This document shows, one piece after another, positions 33,288 to 41,362 of a stretch of 45,432 nt of DNA (its first letter is position 1; each line of letters begins with the position of its first letter). A program made the position numbers and the translations under genes. The notes under the pieces were generated by a model. That model was not told the origin of the DNA, did not search any database, and was given only the letters and a program-made list of their open reading frames with translations. The stretch is taken from NCBI GenBank assembly GCA_049698415.1, contig JBAVXU010000110.1:1-45432 (forward strand), read 5' to 3'. This stretch comes from Mycobacteriales bacterium. Its GTDB lineage: Bacteria; Actinomycetota; Actinomycetes; Mycobacteriales; QHCA01.

Positions 33288-34585
33288 CGCGGCGTCCTCT
33301 CGCTCGGCACCGGCAGGATGGCCCTGCGATCGGTCGCCGTGCAGCGCCCGTCGAGGTGCTGCCGGACTTCGGCCGCGAACACCTGCATGGCGCTGCGTAC
33401 GAACCGTGTGGTGCCGTCCGGGTGATGGCAGCTCCCACGTCCCTGGACGACCGACATCAGTTGGGCGATGCGGGGTGGGCCACCGCCGGTGGACCTGCCG
33501 GCCGCGAGCGACCGCAGTTCGGCCGCGAGCATCGGCAGTCCGTTGAGGCAGGGGCCGCACTGACCAGCGACCTCACCGGCGAGGTAGGTCGCCGCGCGCG
33601 AGGTCTCGACCACTCCGCAGGCCGCCGCCGGCAGAGCCACCAGCACGCCGGCACCTGGCCTGGACTGCACCGCTTGCAGCCCGGCCACCGACAGCGGCAG
33701 GTCGGGAGCGCCTTCGGCACCGATCCACGAGCCGTGGTAACCGCCCACGAGCAGCGCCCGGACCGGGTCGGAGACCCCACCGGCCAGCGCGAGTGCGTCG
33801 ATCAGCCTGGTGCCGAGGGGGACCTCGACCACGCCGGGGTTGCGGACCGCACCGCTGACGGTGAGCAGCATCGTGCCCGGCTCGTCCGGGGTTCCCAGGG
33901 CGCGGAACCACGCGGCGCCATGCCGTGCGATCAGGGCCAGGTGCGCCAGCGTCTCGACGTTATGCACCAGTGTCGGACGTCCTCGTACCCCCTTCTGGAA
34001 CACCGGCGGGGGAGTGTGCCGCGGCTTCGCGGCGCCGCCGCTCAGCCGGGCGACGACCGCGCTCTCCTGACCGGAGATGAACCGCGCGGGTGCCTCGACG
34101 ACCGCGACGCTGATCGCATCCAGACCGGCCGGCGCGCGGGTGTCGACCAGCCCGCGCATCATCGGCACCAGCGGGCCTTCGTGCACGTAGATGAAGGCGT
34201 CACGTGCGCCGACGGCGCGCGCAGCCAGTTGCAGGCCGTCGAGGACGAGGTGCGGGGCGAGGCTCAGCAGCAGCCGGTCCTTGCCACTGGCCGGCTCGCC
34301 CTCGGCGCCGTTGGCGACCACCACCGGGTTCCGGCCGGCCGCGACCGCCGAGAGCTTGCGGTGCACCGGGAAGCCGGCGCCCCCTCTGCCCGTGAGCCCG
34401 GACTCCGCAATCTCGAAGAGCAACTCGCGAGCCGTCAGGTCGTACGGCAGGGGTCCATGCGTCTGCTGGTGCGTCGCGATGTCGCGCAGCCGTCCGTCGG
34501 CACCGGATGCGGGCAGGACACGATCCCAACCGAGAGGGCCGGCCCAGGTCGCGGGCGCGGTCCCGGGCTGTGCGAGCGTGCTCAT
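33284..34585 (-). CDS. NuoF-like (Complex I 51-kDa family) flavo-iron-sulfur protein
   Basis: GLTGRGGAGFP, ANGAEGEPASGKDR and VHNVETL motifs, plus a C-terminal Cys cluster GQCGPC...GSCHH. ATG at 34585, 6 nt after GGAGG; ATGA overlap with the upstream gene. Confidence 0.85.
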   Translation of the reverse strand: MSTLAQPGTAPATWAGPLGWDRVLPASGADGRLRDIATHQQTHGPLPYDLTARELLFEIAESGLTGRGGAGFPVHRKLSAVAAGRNPVVVANGAEGEPASGKDRLLLSLAPHLVLDGLQLAARAVGARDAFIYVHEGPLVPMMRGLVDTRAPAGLDAISVAVVEAPARFISGQESAVVARLSGGAAKPRHTPPPVFQKGVRGRPTLVHNVETLAHLALIARHGAAWFRALGTPDEPGTMLLTVSGAVRNPGVVEVPLGTRLIDALALAGGVSDPVRALLVGGYHGSWIGAEGAPDLPLSVAGLQAVQSRPGAGVLVALPAAACGVVETSRAATYLAGEVAGQCGPCLNGLPMLAAELRSLAAGRSTGGGPPRIAQLMSVVQGRGSCHHPDGTTRFVRSAMQVFAAEVRQHLDGRCTATDRRAILPVPSERTPR

Positions 34586-35169
34586 CTGGTGCCTCCGGAT
34601 CGGGCCGCGACGAGGCGGCGATTCGACGTACGTTCCTTCGAGCCCGTGATGGTTGCCACCCGCCAGGCTGCGGCGACCACGGTCACTCCTACGCACGCGA
34701 GGGCCAGCCACAACAAGCCACCGTGCCGGATATCGGGTCCCAGCGCGATGCTGTGTGCGACCGCGATCGGCCACGCGGCGTACACCGACAGGTGCACGAC
34801 CTTCCATGCCCGCCGGCCGAGGAACCCGCGCAGCAGGCTGGTGATCACGACGGCGACGAACAGGTCGAGCGACACAGCGCCGAGGCCGATGCTCAGCGGG
34901 TGATAGCTGGCCGTGAAGGGCACCACCGCGTCGACGATCCGCAGCGGCACGTACGGATCAGCGATTGCCGTGCCGACGTGGGTGCCGAGCAGCGCCACCG
35001 ACAGCAGTGCCGCGTTGCGGTGCAGGGCGGTGACCGCGAAGCGCGGCAGGCCGGGAAGCGGCCGCCCACCTCTGGTCAGGATGCCGAGCACCACGACCAG
35101 CGTGAAGGTCACCAGGAGGACCACTCCGGTGCCCCGGCTGAGGTACCACAACGGGCTCCCGGCGCTCAC
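34582..35169 (-). CDS. ferric-reductase-domain (MsrQ/NOX-like) bis-haem membrane protein
   Basis: 195 aa and polytopic. H-x13-H (LHRNAALLSVALLGTH) and H-x12-H (VHLSVYAAWPIAVAH) pairs. GTGA overlap with the apbE stop. Confidence 0.75.
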   Translation of the reverse strand: MSAGSPLWYLSRGTGVVLLVTFTLVVVLGILTRGGRPLPGLPRFAVTALHRNAALLSVALLGTHVGTAIADPYVPLRIVDAVVPFTASYHPLSIGLGAVSLDLFVAVVITSLLRGFLGRRAWKVVHLSVYAAWPIAVAHSIALGPDIRHGGLLWLALACVGVTVVAAAWRVATITGSKERTSNRRLVAARSGGTR

Positions 35170-36101
35170 GCCGACTCCGGGGGCCAGCCGTTGATCGTGA
35201 TCACATCGCCCTGCTGGTCGACCAGACGAGCCGGTAGGCGGCGGTCGGCCAGTTCCTTGAGCCCGCGTCGTCCGCTCACGATGGCCGATGTGCTGGCGGT
35301 GTTGGCCGCCAGGCAGGTCCCTGCGGCGACGGTGATGGTTCGCCAGGGTGAGACGGCGGGCATCCCTGTGTGTGGGTCGAGGAGGTGATGGAGTTCGACC
35401 CCTCCGCGGCGCCAGCGTCGGGCCTTCATGCTCGAGGTGGCCAGACCACCGGATTGCACGCTCACCGTGCTCACCCGCCCGACCGCATCCGTTGGCCGCT
35501 CCTGGACGCGCACCGCCCACCCGCCCTCCGGCGGCCCACCGGCAGTCGCGATGTCGCCGCCGAGGCTGACCAGCACCCCACAGCCGAGCTCGGTGGCGAT
35601 CTGGTCAGCGAGCCGGTCGGCACACCACGCCTTGGCGGTGGCGCCGAGGTCGAGTCCGACCCCAGCTGGCAACAGGACGGTGTCCATGGTCCGGTCCAGC
35701 TGAACCCGCGACCAGTGCGACACCCGGTGCGCGGTGAACGCGACCGGAGCGGCGTCGTCGGGGAGCCGGTCGAAGTCCTGGTCGTAGCCGAGCCGGGTCA
35801 TCGATCCGCCCAGGGTCGGATCCACCATTCCGCCGGTCTGCCGGGCAGCGGTGAGCGCGACGGCGATGGCCGCGGACAGCAGCGGACTGACGGCGACCCG
35901 TCGACCGGCCGACCTGTTCACTGCGGACAGCTCGGAGTCGGCCCGGAACCTGCTGCATGCCAGATCGAGTGCGGCCAGTTCGGTCTGGAGGATGTCACTG
36001 GCCCGCGGCAGGCATGCGGCGTCGGTGACGACCAACCTCACCCGGACGCCGAGCGCACGGCGGTCGACCGCCGCTAGCCGCTCCCGAGTTGCAGTCGTCA
36101 T
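35166..36101 (-). CDS. apbE: FAD:protein FMN transferase (ApbE family), no signal peptide
   Basis: LDLGATAKAWCADR, VLVSLGGDIA and GGLATSS motifs. The N-terminus runs straight into the catalytic domain. Confidence 0.87.
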   Translation of the reverse strand: MTTATRERLAAVDRRALGVRVRLVVTDAACLPRASDILQTELAALDLACSRFRADSELSAVNRSAGRRVAVSPLLSAAIAVALTAARQTGGMVDPTLGGSMTRLGYDQDFDRLPDDAAPVAFTAHRVSHWSRVQLDRTMDTVLLPAGVGLDLGATAKAWCADRLADQIATELGCGVLVSLGGDIATAGGPPEGGWAVRVQERPTDAVGRVSTVSVQSGGLATSSMKARRWRRGGVELHHLLDPHTGMPAVSPWRTITVAAGTCLAANTASTSAIVSGRRGLKELADRRLPARLVDQQGDVITINGWPPESA

Positions 36102-36367
36102 GACGCGCTCGTAGTGGCGTCCGGAGCCGACGAGGTCGAGCTCGGCGCCTGTACGGTGCCGCCGTTGGTCGAGGACTGGTTGCCGCTCGACGTCGTCGAC
36201 GTCGAGGTGGAGCCGCTGGTCGCGGTCGATGCCGCCGCGTGCTGAGTGGCGTACGCGAAGGCGCCTGCGCCGACGCTGCTGGCCACGGCGATCCCGACGG
36301 TCAGGGCGGTGATCCGGCGCCGTCCGCGCTCGGCGGCACCCCGGCGGGCTGCGTTGGAGTCGTTCAT
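36098..36367 (-). CDS. small Ser/Thr-rich exported or membrane-anchored protein (possible Tat-type signal)
   Basis: 89 aa: [40 protein letters not shown], then an S/T-rich tail. GGAGGA RBS before the ATG at 36367. ATGA overlap with apbE. The computed ORF from 36631 is a 5' extension. Confidence 0.5.
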   Translation of the reverse strand: MNDSNAARRGAAERGRRRITALTVGIAVASSVGAGAFAYATQHAAASTATSGSTSTSTTSSGNQSSTNGGTVQAPSSTSSAPDATTSAS

Positions 36368-36422
36368 CGTTCCTCCTGGTCGACGCTCGTCAGGCCTTGA
36401 GAACCGACTACACATCGGCAAC

Positions 36423-36458
36423 CTGGGAAGTCCCTGGGTATCTGCTGAGAGCTGGGTA
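36423..36458. promoter_or_regulatory. three direct CTGGG(A/T)A repeats in a divergent promoter region
   Basis: CTGGGAA at 36423-36429, CTGGGTA at 36434-36440 and at 36452-36458, inside the 151-bp gap between the redox operon and the AhpD-like gene. Confidence 0.3.
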
Positions 36459-36518
36459 GGGATCGTCGGCTCATACGCGATCGTCCGGCCGCACATGAGC
36501 GCCGGGTACCGTGCCCGC

Positions 36519-37097
36519 ATGTCACACGATGAGGTGGGCAGCTGGTTTCCGGTGCCGGCCGAAACGGACCTGCCCGAGGATCTGCAGAAGCTCTTCGCCA
36601 AGGCGCGAGAGAACATCGGCTTCGTCCCCAACGTCTTCCGTACCTACTCCTTCCGGCCGGAGCGGCTGCGCACGTGGTTCGCGCATTTCAAGGCCCTGCA
36701 CGTCCCGACCGAGCATCTCGACGCGGCCGACCGCGAGATGATCGCCGTCGTCGTGTCGATGGCCAACGGCTGCCTGTACTGCCTGGTGGCCCATGGCGCC
36801 GCGCTGCGGGAGTTTCTCGGCGATCCGGTGCTCGGCGACCGGATTACCCTCGACTGGCGGCGGGCCGGCCTCGACCGGCGGCGGGCAGCGATCTGCGGCT
36901 ATGCCGAGAAGCTGACGCTGACCCCGCGGGCGCTGACCGAGGGAGATCTCGATGCGCTGCGTGAGGTGGGGCTCAGCGACGAAGAGGTCTGGGACGTCGC
37001 CGAGGTGGCCGCGATGTACAACCTGACCAACCGGATGGCAATGGCAACGAACATGCTCCCGAACGAGGAGTACCACCGGCTGGCCCGAACCTCCTGA
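36519..37097 (+). CDS. peroxidase-related (AhpD/carboxymuconolactone decarboxylase family) CxxC protein
   Basis: [13 protein letters not shown].. and CxxC in [15 protein letters not shown] at 36519 (alternative at 36495); the ORF is open from 36246. Confidence 0.87.
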   Translation: MSHDEVGSWFPVPAETDLPEDLQKLFAKARENIGFVPNVFRTYSFRPERLRTWFAHFKALHVPTEHLDAADREMIAVVVSMANGCLYCLVAHGAALREFLGDPVLGDRITLDWRRAGLDRRRAAICGYAEKLTLTPRALTEGDLDALREVGLSDEEVWDVAEVAAMYNLTNRMAMATNMLPNEEYHRLARTS

Positions 37098-37166
37098 CCC
37101 GGCACGCCCAGCGGGCTACCGGCACGAACCCGGGTCGATCGACGACCTCGGAGCCAGTTCTCGGAG

Positions 37167-39572
37167 ATGGCTGGGACGGCAGGTACGGGCCTAAAGTGCC
37201 AAAGTATGCGGGAGCCCGTCGTTTCGCCGCGCGAACATGAGGTGCTCAGCGCGTTGGCTGACCGGCTCACCAACGCCGAGATCGCCGACCGCCTGTTCAT
37301 CTCGGTACGAACGGTCGAGAACCATGTGTCCGCGTTGCTGCGCAAGCTCGACGCCAAGAACCGTCGCGCACTTGCAGAGATTGCCCGCCAGCCGCGAGGC
37401 GCGGTCGACACCGAGATCCGCCGCCTCCCAGCAACCCGTGGCCGCCTCGTAGGTCGTGAGGAGGAGCTGGCGAAGGTTGCGGCGGCGCTTGAGACCTCGC
37501 GCTGGGTGACGATCGTGGGTCCCGCAGGGGTCGGAAAGACAAGGCTCGCGCTCGAGGCCGCTGGTTGCTTCGCCGACGATGCCAGCGTGGTGTTCGTCGA
37601 TCTGACGGCGACCCGCGACGACTCCACAGCGTTGTCCGCCCTGTTGGGCGCGGCTCTGGTCGGTGACGAGCCGCGGTCATCTTGGCAGGCGGCTTTCAGC
37701 AGGCGGTTCGGTACGCGGTCGACGCTGGTCGTGATCGACAACTGTGAGCACGTGGTCGAGGTCGCTGCTGACCTCGCTGTTGGACTGATGGACGTCGGGC
37801 CAACGTTGCGGGTGCTGGCAACCAGCCGTGAGCCTTTTGCGGTAGCAGCGGAGCGCGTGGTGCTGCTCACACCCCTGCCGATACCGAACGAGGGGGCGAC
37901 CACCGACAGCCTTTACTCGAACCCGTCGGTGGAACTGTTCATCGACCGTGCGGCCGCACTGGGTCAGGACGTCGTCGTCGACGAGACAACCGGTCCGTAC
38001 CTCGGCTCCATCTGTCGACGGCTCGACGGGATCCCGTTGGCCCTCGAGTTGGCCGCGGCGCAGCTCCCCGCCCTGTCACCCAAGCAGATAGATGATCGGC
38101 TCAGCGACCGATTCGCCCTGCTGCGCGGACCGTTCGGAGCTCGTTCCCCTCGGCATGCCACGCTGGAAACGGCCCTTGCCTGGAGCTACGACCTCCTCGA
38201 TGTTCACGAGCGTGCATTGATGGACCGGCTAGCCGTGTTCCGCGGGACCTTCGCACTGGAAGCCGTCGAGGAAGTCGCTACCGGGCCGCCGATAGCCGCT
38301 GCCGATGTTGTCGTTCTTCTCGTCCGGCTGGTCCGCAAGTCGCTGGTTGTTGCCGAGCAGGTCGGGGCCGACAAGAGGTATCGGTTGCTGGAGACGATGC
38401 GTGAGTTCGGCTGGCAACGGCTCACCGACGCCGGGGAGCTGTCCCAGTGGCGGGAGCGTCACAGGCAATGGATCTTTGGCCTCATGCGGGCAGCATCGGA
38501 GGGGCTTTCCTGCGGTGTCGTCCCGACCTGGCTGGACTACCTGGACGTCGAGCTCGACAACATCGAGGTTGCGCTCGGCTGGAGCATGAGCTCACCGGAG
38601 CGCGCGGCCGAGGCCATGCCGGTCATCCGCGGGCTGGAGCGCTACTGGATGGCGCGCGGTGTCCGCCGCGCGCACGGCGTTCGCTGGTCCACCGCTGCTG
38701 CTGAACGGGCGACCGGGCTGCCTGTCGTGGCCCGAGTCGAGGCACTCCTCGGCGCCACACTTCTCGTCATGTGGAGCGACCTCAGTGCCGCGCGAGCTCT
38801 CACTGACATGGCGAAGCGGCTGGCGGGACCGGCAGGTGACCCGGTCGCCATGGGCTACGCAGCGCTCGCAGATGCGTGGGTGCACTTGTTCGCCGGACCG
38901 ACCGAGGACGTCGCACGGCTCGCGGCAACAGCTGGCGACCTGATCCAGGAAGATGATCCGGTTCATCCGTGGGCGGCTGTCGCCACGGCGACGCTGCACG
39001 GCTACGACGGTGACCACGCGCGTGCGGGGTCGCAGATCGCCGAAATCGGGAAAGCCTTCCTCGGCAATGACGACCGTCACCTGTACGGCGCCTGGCTGAG
39101 CTGGAGCGCCGACTTCCTGGTCGCGGGAGGCGAGCTTGCATCGGCACGGATGCAGCTCGACGCGTCGCTGCGTGAGGCGCAGGTCGCAGACTGCGCGTCC
39201 TGTGAGTCCCAGGCGCTGGCGTCTCTCGCATTGCTCGAAGATGATGCGGCAAACCGGCTCCGAACCGGCAGGTCGGCGCTGCGCCTCGCCCGCGACATCG
39301 GTGAACCATGGGGTGTCTTCTGTGCGCTTGAGGTAGTGGTCGGCGCCCTCGCTGCGGGGGGGTGGCCGGAGGATGCCGCACTGCTTGCGGGGGCGACCCG
39401 AGCGGCCAGGGCGCAGAGCGGACTTGTGTCGATCTTGCCGGGTCGCGCGGCCGCCCTGACCGACGGCGAGGCGCGGGCCCTTGCGGAGCTGGGCACTTCT
39501 GCCTTCGACGAGCTTGCCCGCGACGGTGCGCGGCTCGATCTGCCGTCTGCGGTCGTACACGCACTCGGCTGA
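37167..39572 (+). CDS. STAND-type regulator: N-terminal LuxR HTH + NB-ARC-like ATPase + helical-repeat C-terminus
   Basis: HTH LSPREHEVLSALADRLTNAEIADRLFISVRTVENHV. Walker A GPAGVGKTRLA, Walker B LVVIDNCEH, GxP-like DGIPLALELAA. Long Ala/Leu-rich repeat region. Alternative start at the ATG at 37206. Confidence 0.85.
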   Translation: MAGTAGTGLKCQSMREPVVSPREHEVLSALADRLTNAEIADRLFISVRTVENHVSALLRKLDAKNRRALAEIARQPRGAVDTEIRRLPATRGRLVGREEELAKVAAALETSRWVTIVGPAGVGKTRLALEAAGCFADDASVVFVDLTATRDDSTALSALLGAALVGDEPRSSWQAAFSRRFGTRSTLVVIDNCEHVVEVAADLAVGLMDVGPTLRVLATSREPFAVAAERVVLLTPLPIPNEGATTDSLYSNPSVELFIDRAAALGQDVVVDETTGPYLGSICRRLDGIPLALELAAAQLPALSPKQIDDRLSDRFALLRGPFGARSPRHATLETALAWSYDLLDVHERALMDRLAVFRGTFALEAVEEVATGPPIAAADVVVLLVRLVRKSLVVAEQVGADKRYRLLETMREFGWQRLTDAGELSQWRERHRQWIFGLMRAASEGLSCGVVPTWLDYLDVELDNIEVALGWSMSSPERAAEAMPVIRGLERYWMARGVRRAHGVRWSTAAAERATGLPVVARVEALLGATLLVMWSDLSAARALTDMAKRLAGPAGDPVAMGYAALADAWVHLFAGPTEDVARLAATAGDLIQEDDPVHPWAAVATATLHGYDGDHARAGSQIAEIGKAFLGNDDRHLYGAWLSWSADFLVAGGELASARMQLDASLREAQVADCASCESQALASLALLEDDAANRLRTGRSALRLARDIGEPWGVFCALEVVVGALAAGGWPEDAALLAGATRAARAQSGLVSILPGRAAALTDGEARALAELGTSAFDELARDGARLDLPSAVVHALG

Positions 39573-39578
39573 CGGCCC

Positions 39579-39606
39579 GCACATTGCGTGGTTTCCACGG
39601 ATGTGC
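39579..39606 (+). terminator. hairpin after the STAND regulator gene
   Basis: GCACAT..CGTGG-ttt-CCACG..ATGTGC, about 11 bp with a small internal loop, starting 7 nt after the stop. Confidence 0.35.
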
Positions 39607-39672
39607 CCACGCCTCCCAAGGCCCATGCTCAGCCCAGGGCGAAGCACGCCGCGCAAGTGCCTGGGAGGGCTC

Positions 39673-40803
39673 ATGACGACAACTGAAATCGCAGCGAATC
39701 CGGTGGACTTGCTTGCCGATCGTCTGTTCGGCGAGGGAATCGGGGCGTTCCATCTGTTCACCGTCTACCTGGGTGTCCGGTTGGGACTGTTCCGGGCGCT
39801 GGCGCAGACGCCGGGGCTGACGGCCGAGGAGCTCGCGGCGAGGACCTCGATCGACGAGCGCTACGCGCTCGAGTGGCTGCAGGCCGAGACGATCGCCGAA
39901 CTGATCATCGCGGACGGGATGGATTACGCCAGTGCGCGCTTCACTCTGGCGGACGGCGTGGTCGAGACACTCGTCGACGAGGTCGGTCCGGCGTACGTAG
40001 GCGGCATCGCCCTCGCAGCGTCGGCCGTCGGCGTCGCGACACCCCACCTGGTTGACGCATACCGAAGCGGATCCGGCCTGTCATTTGCGGCGTACGGCCC
40101 GGACATGGTCGACGCGCAGGCTGCTTTCAACCGGCCGGCCTACGTGAACGAGCTTGCCTCGGCGTGGCTCCCACAGATTCCGGAGGTTCTCCGGCGGCTG
40201 CAGAACAGCGTCGAACCGGCGCGGGTGGCCGACATCGGCTGCGGGTGCGGATGGGCGAGCATCGAGCTGGCAAAGGCCTTTCCCAGGATCACGGTCGACG
40301 GGTTCGATTCCGACGCGGATTCGATCGAGTCCGCACGACGCAACGCCAAGGAGCACGGCGTCGACGAACGTGTGCGCTTCGAGGTTGTCGACGCGACGAG
40401 CACGGGATATGGCTCGGGCAACTACGACGTCATCTTCTTGTTCGAATGTGTGCACGACTTCGGCAGGCCGGTGGAGGCACTTGCGGCAGCCCGAACCGCA
40501 GTCGCGGATACCGGACATGTCATCGTCATGGACGAGCGCACCGCGGACCATCCGCTGATCGGCGACCCGGTCGAGACCTTCTTCGCCGCCGTCAGTGCCA
40601 CGTGGTGCCTGCCGCAAAGTCGAGTCGTTCCGGATTGCGAGGCTCCCGGAACGTTGATGCGTCCAGCGATGTTCGAGGCACTTGCGAGGCGTGCTGGCTG
40701 GGCCGGCGTCGACGTGCTGCCGATCGACAATGCATTCTTCCGCTTCTATCGGCTGGTGAGGGAGAGCACCGGGGGGCACGGCAGCAGACCGAATCTGCGC
40801 TGA
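39673..40803 (+). CDS. class I SAM-dependent methyltransferase with an N-terminal winged-helix-like domain
   Basis: Motif I VADIGCGCGWASI with an acidic loop FDSDADS. ATG at 39673 after GGGAGGG; the computed ORF from 39481 overlaps the upstream gene. Confidence 0.85.
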   Translation: MTTTEIAANPVDLLADRLFGEGIGAFHLFTVYLGVRLGLFRALAQTPGLTAEELAARTSIDERYALEWLQAETIAELIIADGMDYASARFTLADGVVETLVDEVGPAYVGGIALAASAVGVATPHLVDAYRSGSGLSFAAYGPDMVDAQAAFNRPAYVNELASAWLPQIPEVLRRLQNSVEPARVADIGCGCGWASIELAKAFPRITVDGFDSDADSIESARRNAKEHGVDERVRFEVVDATSTGYGSGNYDVIFLFECVHDFGRPVEALAAARTAVADTGHVIVMDERTADHPLIGDPVETFFAAVSATWCLPQSRVVPDCEAPGTLMRPAMFEALARRAGWAGVDVLPIDNAFFRFYRLVRESTGGHGSRPNLR

Positions 40804-40833
40804 GAGTGCAGCCTGAAGAGGTTGGCAGCTCCT

Positions 40834-40857
40834 GACGCTGTTTGGGAGCGCAGCGTC
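40834..40857 (+). terminator. hairpin after the methyltransferase gene
   Basis: GACGCTG (40834-40840) pairs with CAGCGTC (40851-40857) across a 10-nt loop. Confidence 0.3.
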
Positions 40858-40865
40858 TGGATGGC

Positions 40866-40917
40866 TTGACGCAACCGATTGGTTGCTATAACTTGGGTCG
40901 CAACCGAATAGTTGCGA
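40866..40917 (+). promoter_or_regulatory. sigma-70-like promoter with two GCAAC-N6-GTTGC operators (probable ArsR autoregulatory site)
   Basis: TTGACG at 40866-40871 and TATAAC at 40887-40892. IR1 is GCAACcgattgGTTGC at 40871-40886, between the -35 and -10. IR2 is tcGCAACcgaataGTTGCga at 40898-40917. RBS AAGGAG at 40919-40924. This is an AT-rich patch in a GC-rich genome. Confidence 0.5.
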
Positions 40918-40933
40918 CAAGGAGTTCACCAAG

Positions 40934-41362
40934 ATGCCAATCCCCAACACCATCAGCCGGACCGTCGAGCTGTCCCACCCGCAGGAGAAGGTGTGGTCCG
41001 CGCTGACGACCAATGCCGGCCTGTCCGGCTGGTTCGGCAACACCGTGGACGGTGATCTGACCCCAGGGTCTGACGTTGTCATGAAATGGGACGAGGGCCA
41101 TGTGGCACACCTTGCGGTCAAGGTCGTCGACCCGATGTCGGTCTTCGCCTACTGCTGGCGCATCCACGGAGTGCCGGAGGACGACCCGCGCCGCACCTAC
41201 GTCGAGTTCACGCTGGTCCCGACCGGCGGAGGCACCGAGCTCACCGTGACGGAGAGCGGCTTCGCGCAGATGCCCGACGAGTGGCTCACTAGCTACGAAG
41301 GCAACGTCGATGGCTGGGCCTCCGAGTTGGGTGAGCTCGCCACGTACCTCGATGCTGCCTGA
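40934..41362 (+). CDS. SRPBCC (Aha1/START-like) domain protein
   Basis: 142 aa with ISRTVELSHPQEKVWSALT...GWFG, the typical AHSA1-like N-terminus. First gene of the ArsR cassette. Confidence 0.85.
   Translation: MPIPNTISRTVELSHPQEKVWSALTTNAGLSGWFGNTVDGDLTPGSDVVMKWDEGHVAHLAVKVVDPMSVFAYCWRIHGVPEDDPRRTYVEFTLVPTGGGTELTVTESGFAQMPDEWLTSYEGNVDGWASELGELATYLDAA

Noticed and set aside
37167-39572. STAND NTPase as an Avs/NLR-type anti-phage defence gene.
   Set aside because: The N-terminal module is a LuxR HTH rather than a nuclease, protease, TIR or other toxic effector. No neighbouring defence genes are present, so a transcriptional regulator is the simpler reading.
40301-40311. GGTTCGATTCC, a tRNA T-arm-like string.
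   Set aside because: It is inside the methyltransferase CDS (codons VDGFDSD), and no acceptor or anticodon stems can be drawn around it.
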